Source: the human T2T-CHM13v2.0 reference genome, Homo sapiens. Taken from it: 64,000 nt of DNA. Location of the stretch: the NCBI RefSeq assembly GCF_009914755.1, contig NC_060928.1. One strand, given 5' to 3'. Positions 1-15,065 of this stretch are shown here, one piece after another. Each line of letters begins with the position of its first letter. The stretch's first letter is position 1. The notes under the pieces were generated by a model. That model saw nothing but the letters and a program-made list of their open reading frames with translations. It searched no databases and was not told the DNA's origin. A program made the position numbers and the translations under genes.

Positions 1-697
1 TATTGATGTATCCATTACCCAAATAGTGTACATTGTACCTAATATGTGATTTTTTTATCCCTTACCCTCCTCCCAGCCTCCCCACTTCTGAGTCTCCAAC
101 ATTCCTTATACCACTGTGTATGCCTTTGCCTACCCATAGCTTAGCTCTCACTTATAAATAAGAACATGCAATATTTGATTTTCTGTTCCTGAGTTACTTC
201 ATATAGGATAATGGCCTCCAACTCCATCCAAGTTGCTGCAAGATACATTATTTTGTTCTTTTGTTCTTCTCTTTTTTTTTTTTTTTTTTTTTTTTTGAGA
301 CGGAGTCTCGCTGTGTCACCCAGGCTGGAGTGCAATGGCACGATCTCCGCTCACTGCAAGCTCCGCCTCCGGGGTTCAGGCCATTATGGTTGAGTAGTAC
401 TCCATGGTGTATATATATGCCACGTTTTTCTTTTGCCTTCATCAGTTGGTGGGCACTTAGGTTGACTCCATATCTTTGCAATTGTAAACTGTGTTGTGAT
501 AAATGTACGAATGCAGTCTTTTATATATAATGACTTCTTTTCCTTTGAGTAGATACCCAGTAGTGGGATTGCTAAATCGAATTGTATTTTTAAAAAGTCA
601 AAAAACAATAGATGTTGTGAAATGGAAACGTTTATGCTCTGTTGGTAGGAATGTAAATTGGCACAATATCTATGGAAAACAGTATGGCGATTTCTCA
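1..697 (-). mobile_element. L1 (L1PB/L1MA-type) 3' end with inverted 5' segment (~583-697)
   Basis: Minus strand reads L1 ORF2 end/3'UTR ([12 protein letters not shown]..., CMFSLIS-like); 588-697 reads L1 ORF2 in + orientation. Confidence 0.8.
272..385 (-). mobile_element. 5'-truncated Alu (AluY-like right-arm end) inserted in the L1
   Basis: T25 tract then gagacggagtctcgctgtgtcacccaggctggagtgc...gcaagctccgcctcc. Confidence 0.88.
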
Positions 698-1151
698 GCC
701 CACTTTTTTAACTTTCCCACATCCCCTTAAAGGACTGAGATGACAGAAGTTCCTCCAGACAGTCATACAGGTGGTAATACCCTTCCTTCTTTAGTAGGCC
801 CAACAGCCCCTTCACCCAGCTATCTTCTTTGATCTCACTGTTCTAATCCCCACCCAAGGACTCCATGCCACCAGTCCCTAGGTTCTCTCTAGTGGCTGAG
901 GGGGGAAAGAAAATCCCATGATGCCATTGTCCACTGGATCCAGACAGGGCTGAGAACTCACATTCCCCAGATACTACTTCCTGCTGGGCTTAGGAGAGGT
1001 AACTCATGGTTGAATTGGAATTGGAAAGGAAGGAATCTGGGTTGAATATAAGCTGTCATATTGCCACTAACCATTTCAACTAAGAAAGGAGTTTTGTATT
1101 CTAAAATCCATGAATGGGATCCATGATCTCCTGAAATTGCCATCAAATTCC

Positions 1152-1233
1152 ATCTATCTATCTATCTATCTAGCTATCTATCTATCTATCATCTATCTAT
1201 CTATCTATCTATCTATCATCTATCTATCTATCT
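1152..1233. repeat. (TATC/GATA)n interrupted tetranucleotide microsatellite
   Basis: atctatctatct... seen directly. Confidence 0.95.
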
Positions 1234-2624
1234 GTGTATATTTTTCTATGGATTTTATTGGCAGGTTTTTATCAAATTCTCAAGGAGACATTTAGAATCA
1301 GTCTTACAGAATCATACCCAAACTTGGTAAAGTCCCCAATATGCCAATTAGTCCCATGTAGATTATTCTAAGTCCAATAGTAAAGAGGGTCTTAGTCTTT
1401 CAGACACTGGTGATTATATCTGGAAGCCAGTTTAAAGCAGTAAAGTTAAGACAGTTTTGTTTTCCTTTTTAAAAGCGGGGAAGGGAGTGGGGAAAAATAG
1501 CTTAAAATTTCTTACATTCTGCAAGGACAAGTTGATGGTGACCCTTTGGCACCTGGCATTCAACTTCTAAATATCAAATACATCATTTTTTATCTCTTGA
1601 AAAGGTATTACTGGCTTTAATCAAAAGTAGATCAGCATGGTGTCCACTACAAAAAGCTTATGTGGTTACCTTTGAAACACTAGCCCCTGCAATTCTAATG
1701 GAAAAAAAGATTTTTTGCTTTTTTATTTGAGGTGAACCTAAATAGAAAATGAATTTAGAAAGAGCTTCTTTGTCTCTAGCTGGTAGAGAAAAATATAGTC
1801 TTAAAATATTCCTAAAATTATTTTTAGATTTTTAAAATGTATCTGTACATTCTTCTTATGCAAGTTACTCTTATACATAATGATAACCCAGCTAGACCAC
1901 TGCCAGGTGGGAGTAGAGTGAGAAGAGGAAGAGATTAGGCCATCAGCAAAGGGCCTTCATGCTGAAGACCTGAGGACAAGCCCTTCTATTACAATCTACA
2001 GTTCCCTACACATTCCCCTTAAATTAACTAAAGTTCACTCTCATAAGTATAAAGATATAAAAGCATTATCAAAAATTTATGTAGTCCTAAGACTTTCACC
2101 CACATATTAGCTATAATAATATTAGCTATAATCAAAGGATATTAATAAAAGCTTGCCAAATTTTCTAAAAGAAATATGTAGTTTTTAATGTCTTAATCAT
2201 GTAATGGCTATATATAAACTTGGTCTTTCATTACACTTCATCTCTTTACACTATCTGTTATCCATTTAACAAATATGTGCTCAATTATTATTACTTGTTG
2301 TGCTATTGTTGTTGTTAAGTAGCACATAGCCAAAGCCATGTCCAGGTACCTAGAATTCAGCCATCCCCCAATTTAATCAAGGAATGCAAATTAGTAGATA
2401 CAATAAGAATAAATTTGCAGCAATGACATCAGATATCACTAAACGATCCAGAGCTTAAGTCCAGTAAAGCCAGATGCACCCATTCTTTCAATGAAGCTAC
2501 TAACAAACCATCAGAAATAGCACTCCACATGAGACCTGCATACCACCCTAGTTTAAAGCAATGCCACCTTACCACTTTTGTGCTGGGAATTTTTCCTCTA
2601 GCTCCCAGATGGTATTCAAAATGA

Positions 2625-3132
<508 letters not shown>

Positions 3133-3838
3133 TAGGCAAGGGCTCTCTTATAGCAAGCCAAAGAATTAGATCATCTTACAAGTCCCTGAATATAAAACAT
3201 CTAAATGTAAGAATGTCCACAACGAATATTCTACAATGTACTGTCTTTTTAGCATTTTACCAAAACAAACAAACAAAAATCTTGGAATATATCTAGCACT
3301 ACTTAAGTGTCTCATGGAATATATTTTTAAATTCTCATTACACTAGTTTTTACTAACTTTGGGATGACTTCCCCTTTAATGCCTGCTTTTAACAGTGAAG
3401 AACATATACAATGCACTATTTTCAAATGAATTTGGAGAAAGCTAAACCTTGTGACTAATAACAAGCTGTCAATTGCTGAGAAATACTATCCTTTGAATAC
3501 TAACTAAAATTAAATCGTATCAAGCCACGTCTCCTTTAAATGGAGTTTATTACACTTGAATAAGGCACAGACAATTCATCAGCTATATTAATAATCTGTG
3601 GTCAAGACAGAATAAAAATGATTTCCTTCTTGGGGGAACAAAATTTAGAACTAATCCTGTCATGGTTAATTAATTGCTGAAAGCTGACAGGCTATATTTG
3701 AGACTTTAAAGGATTCCTTGGAAGGTTAGAATGTGTAAGGTCTGTCTGGTGAATCTGGGGATGTGCAAGTCTGTGTCATTATTTGATCCTACAGCCATTT
3801 CAGTTATCTCTTTCTGGGGCTAATTCTCACACACGCAT

Positions 3839-3839
<1 letters not shown>

Positions 3840-3878
<39 letters not shown>
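3840..3878. repeat. (CA)n microsatellite
   Basis: seen directly. Confidence 0.95.
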
Positions 3879-4937
3879 CATTTCTGGCTAAACTAACATA
3901 TTTCATCTCTTCACTTCGGAGACTGTTAAGCTGGACTAGATGATCAGCATACCCGTTCACAGCTATACTAATTGTCATCACTACAGCTTATTTGTAATGG
4001 CTGAATACATAAAGCTCACAAAGTCAAGTGTTTGCAGCCCCTTATCAATCTTTGAACAGCCTAAGATTAAAGAAAGCAAACAAATAATAGTATCTATCAC
4101 ACATATGCATCTGCACATATTACTTGAACATGAGTATTGTTAGGTCTATATGCTACACTTAAGAAAAAAACAGTGGATGATGTCCACAGCAGAGAATAAT
4201 AACTAGTAAGTTTATGAATTGTGGTTTTCCTTACTCTTCTATCCTCAAAGCTAATACTATTTTAATTGGAGATATTAGAGATGTCAGTATATAAAGGTGC
4301 TTGTTTAAGCTATTCTTTGGATGGTAAAACTTGAGATATTTTAAAACATATGTAATTTAAAATGGCATTCATTTACTAACACTTTTGCTTAAAAATGTAA
4401 AACAAAGAGTAGAAGCAGAAATGCAATTGGTGAATTTATAAGTGACTCATTCATTTCTGTGAAGCACATTAGCTAGAATTGTATCAGGTGAAATTTAAAG
4501 GTTTTTTCAAAGAAATAAGAAAGACCACTCATTATGACATTTTGTATCAGTCCAGCACATTAGAATTTATTACTGATCTGAACCACTTTAATTTTTTGTA
4601 TGGTAGCCCTGACCTCCTACTTTATCTGTTCTTCTAAAAGTTGAATAGTCAAATCCGGGAATATACATCTAGAATAATCTGATTGGAAAATGAATGCGAA
4701 ACTATTTTTCCCTTCATTTCATTTTGCTACCTTCCATTCCCTTTGGAAGTTCTCCTTTGTCTTTACTATCTATTTTATACTTTCTGACTTTATTTTTAAG
4801 AGCCTCTATCAAATTTTAGATTTTACCTTTTCATCTCATTGCTTATTTTAAATGCTATTGTGTAACATTTCTATGCTCTTTTGACCCTAGCTGGGTGGCC
4901 TAAAACAAAATAATTAATCTCAGATTTTCTGTTTACC

Positions 4938-5005
4938 CAGTTATAAAATGAGAATAACATACAGTCCCTATCAGTTATAAAATGAGAATAATATACACTC
5001 CCTAT
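4938..5005. repeat. 34-bp tandem duplication within a MIR-like element
   Basis: cagttataaaatgagaataacatacagtccctat / cagttataaaatgagaataatatacactccctat, 2 mismatches. Confidence 0.9.
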
Positions 5006-6007
5006 CATTTTCAGGCTGTTATGACAGCCATGTAAGATAATTTATAACTGTAAGTGTTTAAAACTGTACAACACTATACAAATGTATAATATTAGTATTG
5101 CAGAACAAATATCTACACTAGATTCCAACTTCTTTTTCACTTCTTGCTTTTCACAATTATCACTTCATCACCACCATCATCAACACAAAATATTTGTTAT
5201 ACAGCTAAACAAACATTATACTATTAAGAATGCTATATATAACAAAGTAAATAAAACAAAATCTGTCTTTTATGAGTTTACAGACTTAAACTTCTTCAAC
5301 AAATCCAAGTTCAAATTTTTAAGAAGTTGTTTTCTGACATCAGGGAACTAATTCATTCTAGGTTCTGGAACCAAGAAAATAGAGAATATTTGAAATATCA
5401 AAGCAACAAGATTATAGTAAATGTAAAATATACATAAATCAAGCACTTGATACAAATTATGACATTTCTCATGTTTCCTCTTTTGGTGATGTTTTGCTAA
5501 GAATGACACACAATCATTTTAAAATGCAATACTGACCTTGTAACTTGGGTGTCCTGTAGATTCATGGGATGAAGTAGATCTCAAACTAGTCACCAGCTTT
5601 CAGTTTGGTAGAGGCTGCTATAGGGATTAGTATCACAAAGACAGATTTAGGAGCACAGTGAATGAGATGCTGAGAAAAGGAAGAAAGATGTGGTCATGTA
5701 ACAAAGTGAGCGACATTCAATAGCAGGATTTCAATGGGATTTTGATCTGCTTTTCCATCTGCTTTTGTTTTTATTTTGTGCAATTAAAAAAATGGTTTCA
5801 ACCCTTCATTAACTACACATTCTATTTTATGATTCATTAATGGACTATGTAGGGAGGCTAATGCCTTGTCTTTCAAAATATCTGCCCTTTTTGCCCAATG
5901 GTTTATCATGCTACTGTGATCACTCAGGGGCACCAATAAGGAAGTGGCAAATGGCATCTGTCCTCTCAATCTTGAAAAAGGAACTTAATAGTGGCACCTT
6001 CAGCTAA

Positions 6008-6283
<276 letters not shown>

Positions 6284-6609
6284 TAAATATTCCTAACAAT
6301 ATTCTTGTTAAATTTATCAGCATCATGATGCCTCGGGCTCTCATAACTTAAAAACGATTAATAAAAAAATAGTTGATATTTAATAAGACTCAACCAAGCC
6401 TTCATTTTACATATTCAGGGACTGAGGAATGAAGAAGTTAGATTGAGGGTTATACTGATTAGTAATATACCCTGGAACTCAACCCCAAGTCCATTATTAT
6501 TTATTCTAAACTATTTGTAAAAGCATATGTAAAGTAATAATGCTAGATTTGCATGGTAAATAAATGAGAGAACTAAAGTGAATATACATTGCATTCCTAA
6601 ATGGAGATG

Positions 6610-6805
6610 AGGCACAGTGGTTATAACCATAGACTGAAATCAAACTGCCTGGTTTTCATTCCCAGTTTAGTCACCTAATGGCTTTACAACTTCAGCCAAA
6701 TCAACCTATTTCAGTCTTTATCTAACCTTTTCTCTCAGTGTCCTCATCCATAAAATGGAGATTATTATAGTATGTCTATCTCACAGAGTTGTTTTAAGAA
6801 CTCTG
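6610..6805 (+). mobile_element. MIR-like SINE fragment
   Basis: cacagtggtta...ctcagtgtcctcatccataaaatggagatattatag...tcacagagttgtt resembles the MIR core. Confidence 0.6.
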
Positions 6806-7173
6806 TTTTTCTCATTGGTACATCTTATAACCTGTGGTCTCATTGGATGGAATTAAATTTAAATGAATGATCTGTTTATTCTTTAAAAACATCTCTGTAG
6901 CCTCTACCTCTGAGCCATTTTTCACTGAAATCAATTTACCATTATTAAGTACATTCAAATGTGTATCTACCACAAATTGTTTTCAAGATAGCACAGAGGG
7001 TGACAACTGTTCATTTAGGCACTGTTCTAGGCATTTGGGATACTGATGTGAATGAGACAAAATTCCTCACCCTCATGGAGCTTAGGTTCTAACATGAGAA
7101 GATAAGCAATAAACACAAACAAATATCAAAAGGATAATTTTAGTTACTAGTAAGTGCTAAAAAGAAAGTAAAA

Positions 7174-7495
<322 letters not shown>

Positions 7496-8367
7496 TCAGA
7501 TTTAAGGGAGCAGGACACTTTGGTAAGACCTCTCTGTGGAATGACCATTTGATCTGATACCTATGTAATGAGAAAGAGCTAACCATGCCATGTCCATTCT
7601 AGGCAAAGGAAATAGCAAGTGCATAGGCTCTGAGGCAGGAATTCCTGTGTGTTTAAATACTGAGAGAAGACCGGTAGAGCAAGAGCATAGTTAGTGAGGA
7701 AGAAAGCAGAGTAGTGTGAAATGTGGCTGGATACTTAGGCCAAATTATAAATTTTCAGGGTGTATCTTCATGCTCTTTAGTAGGACGAAAGTTTGGATAA
7801 ACACTGTTTGAAAAATTAGCAAAGAAAACTTAGGGATTCAGCCAAGTGGTTAAAATTCAAAGGAACACATCAAATAAACTTCTACCTTTGTGTGAGGCAC
7901 TATGTTCAGCGCTATGGGGAGAGAAGTAGACAAGATATTTGCCCTCAAGAATCTTCTGATCTTATTGTGAAAGAATATTATACTCATATGAGGTGATTAT
8001 AAAATGAGACAGGACACAGTTAGTTTGAGGTGTATACCTGAAAAGAAGCAACTTCCCAATGTCTGATTGTAACCATACCAGCTTTAAAAGTACTTTGGGA
8101 GGCCACCTCTTTTCTATTCCCATCCTCATCTCAGTTGCCTTCAAACATACTAATTCATCCTCTGCACAGCTTGGAATGTTTGTTAATTGATAAGTCACGA
8201 GGGAAAACCCTACCCAAAAAAGGTGGAATAGGTTCAGTGGTGGGAAAATGCAGAAGACATGAACTGGATGGATACTCAAAGATAAGTACAATTTAGGAAA
8301 GAATAATGAAGAAAGCAGGGCCCTTCAGTTGCTAAAAAACAATGTTCTCTAGGGAGAGTAATTAAAT

Positions 8368-9093
8368 TGAAACAGGAGAGTTCCCTGATACGCTCATCTG
8401 TTGGGCTGCCATGCACTCAAACCTTATGGGAGGGGGAGCATGCAGACGGGCAGGTGTGGGAGCCGGGGCAAGCACTTTTGGGCTCTGGCCCCATGGTAGC
8501 ATCTAGAGTTGGGTGCCTGCGACTCCCGAAGCCCCAGTAGGTGTGTTACAGTGCTCCTTTAGCTCTGCCATCTGCAGACAGCTTAAGTGTTAACCAGCTC
8601 AGTGCCTTTTTGGTACCCAGGTTCTTGTCTGGAGTCCAGGAAGAATCAGGTCACATGGACAAGTTGAAGGATGGTAAATGTGGAGGATCTTATTGCTGGA
8701 TGGAGGTGGCTCTCAGTGAGATGAATGAGGAGCTGGAAAGAGGCTGGAGTGGGAAGATAATCTTCCCCAGGAGTTTGGCCATCCCGCGGCCATCTCTCCG
8801 ACCATCTCCAGCCAAACTTCTCTCGACATTCAGACACTCCTTCTCTTCTCTCCTTCTCTATTATGCCACTCTTCTGCTCCTCTGCTCCTCTGCTCTTCTG
8901 CTCATGGAGCCCAGGATTCGGGGTTTATATGGGTACAGTATGGGGGGCATGGTGGGCCAAAAGGCAATATTTGACACTAAAACAGAAATGCCTGTTCCCA
9001 TTTAGAGCTGTGGGGTTCCATGCTTGAGGGTGGGGCCTTTGCCGGGGAACTACCCCCTTCTTTCCAGTATTTTCCTGTCTCCTGTCCATATCA
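8368..9093 (-). mobile_element. ERV1-class solo LTR (LTR1/LTR27/LTR28-like)
   Basis: TG...CA termini; 4-bp TSD AAAT (8364-8367 / 9094-9097); minus strand begins TGATATGGACAGGAGACAGGAAAATACTGG and contains CATATAAACCCC. Confidence 0.82.
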
Positions 9094-9539
9094 AAATGAA
9101 ACATCAGGCAAACTGGAATCAATTTATTCAGATAAAATAAAAAGACTACAAAACAAACTTTAAGCAAACACTTTCAGCTTTTGATTCCACACTAGGATAT
9201 CAGAGAAATTTTTTAAGATGATAAAGGTTGAATAAAGGCAGGAGGAAAGCCTATGTCATGTCAGATCTAGATGTATAAGTCCTGCAGAGGACTTCATGAC
9301 TGGCTAATAAATAAGTAAAATGTTCCCATTTGACTGACCTTTATTTCATAAACAGGCTGTTTGAGTAACATTGGGCTTAAATGTGGTAAGAATTCATTGT
9401 CTCTCGAATCAGTAAACTTTTATTCCTGGTAAATTGACTTTTTAAATTTTGAATTAAAGGAGAACGAATAAAGAAATTCCTCAACTGTCAGAAGACAATG
9501 CTTAAAGGAGATTTTTTTAAAATATGTTTTTATCCATGG

Positions 9540-11320
9540 AAAGTTAGACTACGAACTCCACAAATGATTTCCACAGAAAAATAGACATAATTCTGACAAA
9601 ATTCAAAAACAAATCATATTAAAACAGGGCAGAGTACTTTGTATCAGAGTAATCCTCCTATTGATAGAAATAATAAACTGTGAGCACATTTTTAGAAATC
9701 TGCTTTAAGACATGGGAGAGTAACAAAACAAGCAAAAACTAAAAGAGAATCAACTTTCAAAAGGAAGGAACCACACTGTGTGAAATCCATGTTTATGCAG
9801 CTTTTCCCCTGAAGCCATGTCCCAGACTGAGGGATGTGGGGCAGCAAAACTTCAGCAGAAACTGAAGTTGTATTGACCTGAAGAGTCAGATCATGGAGTT
9901 TGATTGTTCCAGAGTTCCTGGAAATTTTAGAAGTGAGCCACAACAGAAACTCGACACCTGAGTGTAAACTTCCCCAGCTTGATCCCTGAGCTACAAATGT
10001 ACAAATGTACAAATACCAAGGAGCACAGAAAGAAAAAATAGCTAGAAGCTGGGGGAAAGAAAAATGAACAGAGATTTTAGTTACTGTCCACTATATAAAA
10101 GTCAGAGTTTGGAGTTTGAATCCAGCCTGTTGGGGAGTGTGGGGGTGGTAAGCACATTAGGTTTTCCATAAAAATCTCAAGAGGCTTATACCTTAAGGGT
10201 AAAGATAAGTCACAAGAATAAGGGATTCCCCTTGGGTTAAGGGAAAATCTAAAATAGGCTCACCCTAATGACACATAAAACCAAGTCTCCACATATTCTG
10301 GATGATATGTTAGTCATATAACTGCCTACCAAACCAAACTCAACATTCTTTGGGGAAGATAGCAGAATTTAGAGTCTCTATGGTGCATCATTCAAAATAT
10401 CCAATATATAGTAAAAAATTACTAGACATAAGAAGAAACAGGAAGATGTGACCATCATCAAGAGAAAAACATTTGTCAACAGAAACAGAGCAGTAAAAGT
10501 CTCAAATATTGGCCTAAAAGATAATTAGTATAAATAACTATAATTAGTGTATTTTAAAGTTCATAAGAAATAGCCCAAAACTGGAAACAGCCAAAATATC
10601 CTACAATAGATGAATGGTTAAACAAACTGTGGTATATACACACTATGGAGTACTATTCCAGTAAAAAAGAAATGAACTGTTGATACATGCAAAAACTTGG
10701 ATGTCTCTCAAGGGCATTAGGTTGAGTGAAAAAAAACAGTATTAAAAGGTTATAATACTGTATTATTCCATTGATATAATACTCTTGAAATAACAAAATT
10801 ATAGAGATGGAGAACAGATTAGTGGTTGCCGGGAGTCAGTGATAGTGAGGAAGGATGTGGGATGGGTATGACTGATTATAAAGAACTAGTGTGAGGGAGA
10901 TCATTGCAGTAATGGAATAGTTCTGTAACTTAATTGGAATGCTTGTTACATGAATCTACATATGCAATAAAATTACACAGAACTATACACACTTTATGTC
11001 AATGTCACTTTCCTGACTTTGATATTATATCATAGTTATGTAAGATGTAATCAGTTGGAGAACCTGGGTGAGGGGTACATGGGGCCCCTCTGTGCTATCT
11101 TCACAACTTTCTGGGAATCTGTAATAGTTTCCAAATAAAAAGTTTAAGAGAAAGTCAGTAGGAAAAATTGATATAGTGTATAAAGAAATGGGGAGTTTCA
11201 GAAGATAGTTGAAACTATAAAAGTGGAACAATGGAAATCATAGAATTAAAATTTTTATTAGATGAATTAACATCACATTGTATACAACAGAAAAAAATGA
11301 TTAGCGAAATTGAAGGTCAT
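9540..11320 (+). mobile_element. Old L1M fragments, including an L1MB/MC-type 3' end (~10570-11150)
   Basis: atagcccaaaactggaaacagccaaaatatcc...aaacaaactgtggtatatacacactatggagtactatt...aataaaaagttt. Confidence 0.65.
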
Positions 11321-11931
11321 ATTGGGCTTCTCTCAATTTCTCAATTGTAGCAGTTCTTACCATAAATGCTACTACTTTGGGGTTGCCTTAATAGACACTC
11401 TCACTCTTGATTTATTATTTGGTATCGCTGTTAATTGTTCTTATGGGATCCTGTGCTTTTCCACAATAAGACTTCCATGATAGTGAGTATATGTTTATTT
11501 GTATAATTATCTTTTAACATCTGTTTCTCCTTTTAAGCTACAGCTTCCCAATTATACACCCCAGAGCCCTTGTCTTTTACATTCATTGTTCTTTCCTCAG
11601 TAGCTAAAATGTAGATAACAAATAAGTACTTGTTGAATGAATGAATTAATTAATTAATACTGGAGAGTTGTTCTCCATTTTAGATGTTTTTAGAAATCAC
11701 GCATTCAGTGTTACACTATGTTTTATAAAACTCGTACATATTCATAATAAGTAAGAAAAAGAGACTATACTCCACTTCAGCTTCTGCTCCAGACTGTCTT
11801 ACTGTTCCTATCATTTTTATTTTCAAAAAAAAATTTAAACATGCTTTATATCAACCTCTGGTATTCTTTTTGAATCACTGTGCCATATAGCATTACATGT
11901 AATCTTTAAAGGAGCATTATGGCTAAGATTT

Positions 11932-12607
11932 TGAAATGGCACTGTTCGTCTGGGAGTAACGCCCAAGGTTCATTGTCTCAACGCCAAGGAAATCAAGGAT
12001 GCGGTCACATAAGGAGTGAGGTTAAGAGCAGAGGTTTAATAGGAGAAAGAAAGAGAAATGCTCTCTCCTGCAGAGAGAGGGGTCCCAAGCAGGTCTTCTG
12101 GTCTGTGGTGAAATGCAATGGGTTTTACAGCTGAATAAGAGGAGGTAGTGTCTAATTTACATAGGGCATGAAAGATTGGTCAGACCAGGTCTTCCATTTG
12201 CATAAGGCTCAAAAAACTGGTTAAGGCTAGATGTGCCATTTGCATAGCATGTGAAAAAGCTGGCCACCCCACTCTAATTTTTTATTATGCAAGTTGGTTC
12301 TCTACCTGGCTGGCGCCATGTTGCCTGCTTCTCTGTACTGTACTCGGGTGAAAAAGGAAAGGGAAGATGGAGCCTTCATGTTGAACATACCTGGCTTCCA
12401 GGTAGCCCTTTTCTACTGGCACAGCTGCCAGCATTCACCGTGAAAGCTTCCAACTTGCTTATCTATGTCTACAGCTTGATTTTTCAGACTGCTCTTTGTT
12501 AGAAAAGAAATTATTTGGGGGCTGCTTTTTGTTAAAACAGAAATTCCGCCGAGGTCTCTGTTGCCCTTACTATCTGTCTAAATAATTTATTTCTATCTCC
12601 TGTATCA
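11932..12607 (-). mobile_element. ERV1-class solo LTR (MER50-like)
   Basis: TG...CA termini; perfect 4-bp TSD ATTT (11928-11931 / 12608-12611); minus strand begins TGATACAGGAGATAGAAATAAATTATTTAG. Confidence 0.82.
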
Positions 12608-13514
12608 ATTTTATAAACTTCTTCATATTTAGGTGGGATAATAATACAGCATTACCATCTCATGCAAGTTATAATCATCCCTGCACCTGCTTAGGTTTGG
12701 TAGTTCCTAACTTTCTTATCCTCTTCTAAAACCAAAAGTCCAGACAGATAATATGTCAATAACAAAGCAAGTATTTACTTCATCTATTCAGTGTGTCATT
12801 TCAGCAGTTACATTAATAATGCAAACTGTGTGGTATTTTAAATTGCTACCTGCTAGTTAAACTCAAAAATATAAAAAAGACTATTAATTTTTTTAAATAT
12901 AATGGTTGGATGATCCTCTACTTTTAGATGCTTGTAAACAGTTAAATTTAAATGACATCTGTGCCCTGGTCCCAGACAATTTTCATTTGAGGGATTTCCT
13001 CAGTATTTGCCTTGGTTCACTGGAGCATAGAGTGGCCTTGTTCAGTTGTTACACATTACTTTTGATCGCTCTGGCTGGGCAGTCAGGTCAAGGGGTATTT
13101 GTACTGAAGCTTCAGGAGTGCTTGCTTTGTCTTGATTTATATTTCCTCCAGCTGCTCTGAAGCATCTTTTTATTTCAGTGCAGATGCTAGATCCAGACAT
13201 TCGGAGAGTTTCAACCTCTAAGGTGATAAAGACTGTAGATTCATAAGCCCCTCAGGCATCATTTGAAAATAGAGATGGTATTTAGAGTTTTGAAAGATAG
13301 ATTTCACAGTACAACGAGGCTTTAAGTAAGCTACCTCTGGGCCACTTTTATACGCATCTGGAACTTTTTCAGTTATATATTCTGGCCACAATCCCTTTCC
13401 ATTTGCAAATAAATGAAATGGCTGAAATGGTAGCTTGGGTGGTCTGTGAGCAGAGACTGATTCAGTCATTCCGTGTCACAGGGGACACCAGAGGAATCTG
13501 CCAAAGATTCATTC

Positions 13515-13964
13515 TGTGAACTCTGAGAATCTGAGACATGTCTTAGTTAATCTAGAAAGTTTATTTTGCCAAGGTTGAGGATGAGTGCCTATGACACAGC
13601 CTCAGGAGGTCCCGTCGACATGTGCCCAAGGTGGTCAGAGCACAGTTTTGCTTTATACATTTTAGGGAGACATGAGACATCAATCAACATATGTAAGATG
13701 AACATTGGTTCGGTCTGGAAAGGAGGGACAACTTGAAGCAGGGAAAGGTCTTCCAGGTCATAGGTAGATAAAAGACAAATGGTTGCATTCTTTTGAGTTT
13801 CTGATTAGCATCTCCAAAGGAGGCAATCAGATATGCATTTATCTCAGTAAGCAGAGGGGTGACTTTGAATAGAATGGGAGGCAGGTGTACCCTAACAGTT
13901 CCCAGTTTGACTTTTCCCTTTAGCTTAGTGATTTGGGGGCCCCAAGATTTATTTTCCTTTCACA
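13515..13964 (-). mobile_element. MER4A-like ERV1 solo LTR
   Basis: Minus strand begins TGTGAAAGGAAAATAAATCTTGGGGCCCCCAAATCACTAAGCTAAAGGG; TG...CA; flanks ATTC/ATAC (3/4 TSD). Confidence 0.85.
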
Positions 13965-14539
13965 ATACCAAATATGCAGTTGTATCCCCAATAGTCAAGA
14001 AATAGATTTTTTTCCCTCTTAAAATCAGATATTAGTATTGTGATCTGGCCTCTTCTCTCCCATTCCTGTTCTCCATGGTAAGTCACCCAAACACTTTCAG
14101 ACAACTTTCTAAATGTAAATCAGCTCTGTATTGTGGTTAATTCCAGGATGCAATGTGCAGGTGGAGGTGGGCATTGTAAAGGTATACAGCTCTGTCTTTA
14201 GGTCCAGCTTGAAACAGCTCCCTATCTGTCAGCCTTTGAGCCTGGGCCTTCAGACCAACTGGAAAACTCACCCTGCCTTTGATGAAACTTTCACCATCTA
14301 TACCTAGCATCCAGAATTTCTACTGACAGCCTGTGTTGATAGTTCATGAATTTCTTTATTCCTCAAACCCCTGTCCTAATCTGGCTTCGTTCGCTTTTTG
14401 TTCTCTAGCCTTGATTTAATCCTATCCTATCTCCAGTCTTCAGAAGTCTAATTTTCCTTTTCAGGAATCTCTGTCTCTTATTTTCTATTTTTTTCACTAC
14501 CCAGATATCTAGAACTCCTTTGGTGAACAAGAAAGAAGT

Positions 14540-15065
14540 CTACTTTACTTAACTGGTTTAAGAATAAAAGAGGAGGGAGAGGGATTTATTGGCCCACACA
14601 ACTGAAAGGTGGAAGCACAGTCCTAGTTTCACATGTGCTGTTCCAGGTGTCCAAACAATTTGTCAGAAGTATCTCTCTTCATCTCTTAATTCTGCTTTCT
14701 TTTATATTGACTTTGTTTTGACCCTTCCCTCATGGTGGTCCCAAAGTTCCAAGTTTATAGTGTCAAAGCTCTTTGACCCTAGCACAAAATTATTTCTTAT
14801 ACCCCATAGTTATAATTTAAAAAAGGCCTAGGATTGAGTCTTTTTGGATAAACTTGTCATATTTTCACGCAGAAGTCAATTCTTCTCACCAGGAAGATGG
14901 AAAATGCTAAATGCCTAGGTCTGGATCACATGCATGTCCCTGGAACCTAGAAGATGCAATTAGGCATACTTCAACCACGTGCACCAAAAGAATATCAGGG
15001 CATTATCATCAGAGGAAGGTAGAATGGAATCAGACAGGTCAAACGAATAGGCATCCACCACAACC
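14540..15065. mobile_element. Degenerate MaLR (MLT1-like) LTR
   Basis: aactggtttaag...atttattggcccacacaactgaaag pattern; heavily diverged. Confidence 0.4.

Noticed and set aside
2104-2132. 15-bp-period duplication atattagctataat x2
   Set aside because: Small slippage duplication in AT-rich intron with no sign of function
8541-9005. 154-aa ORF
   Set aside because: Lies wholly within a solo LTR, has a non-ATG start and no recognisable domain
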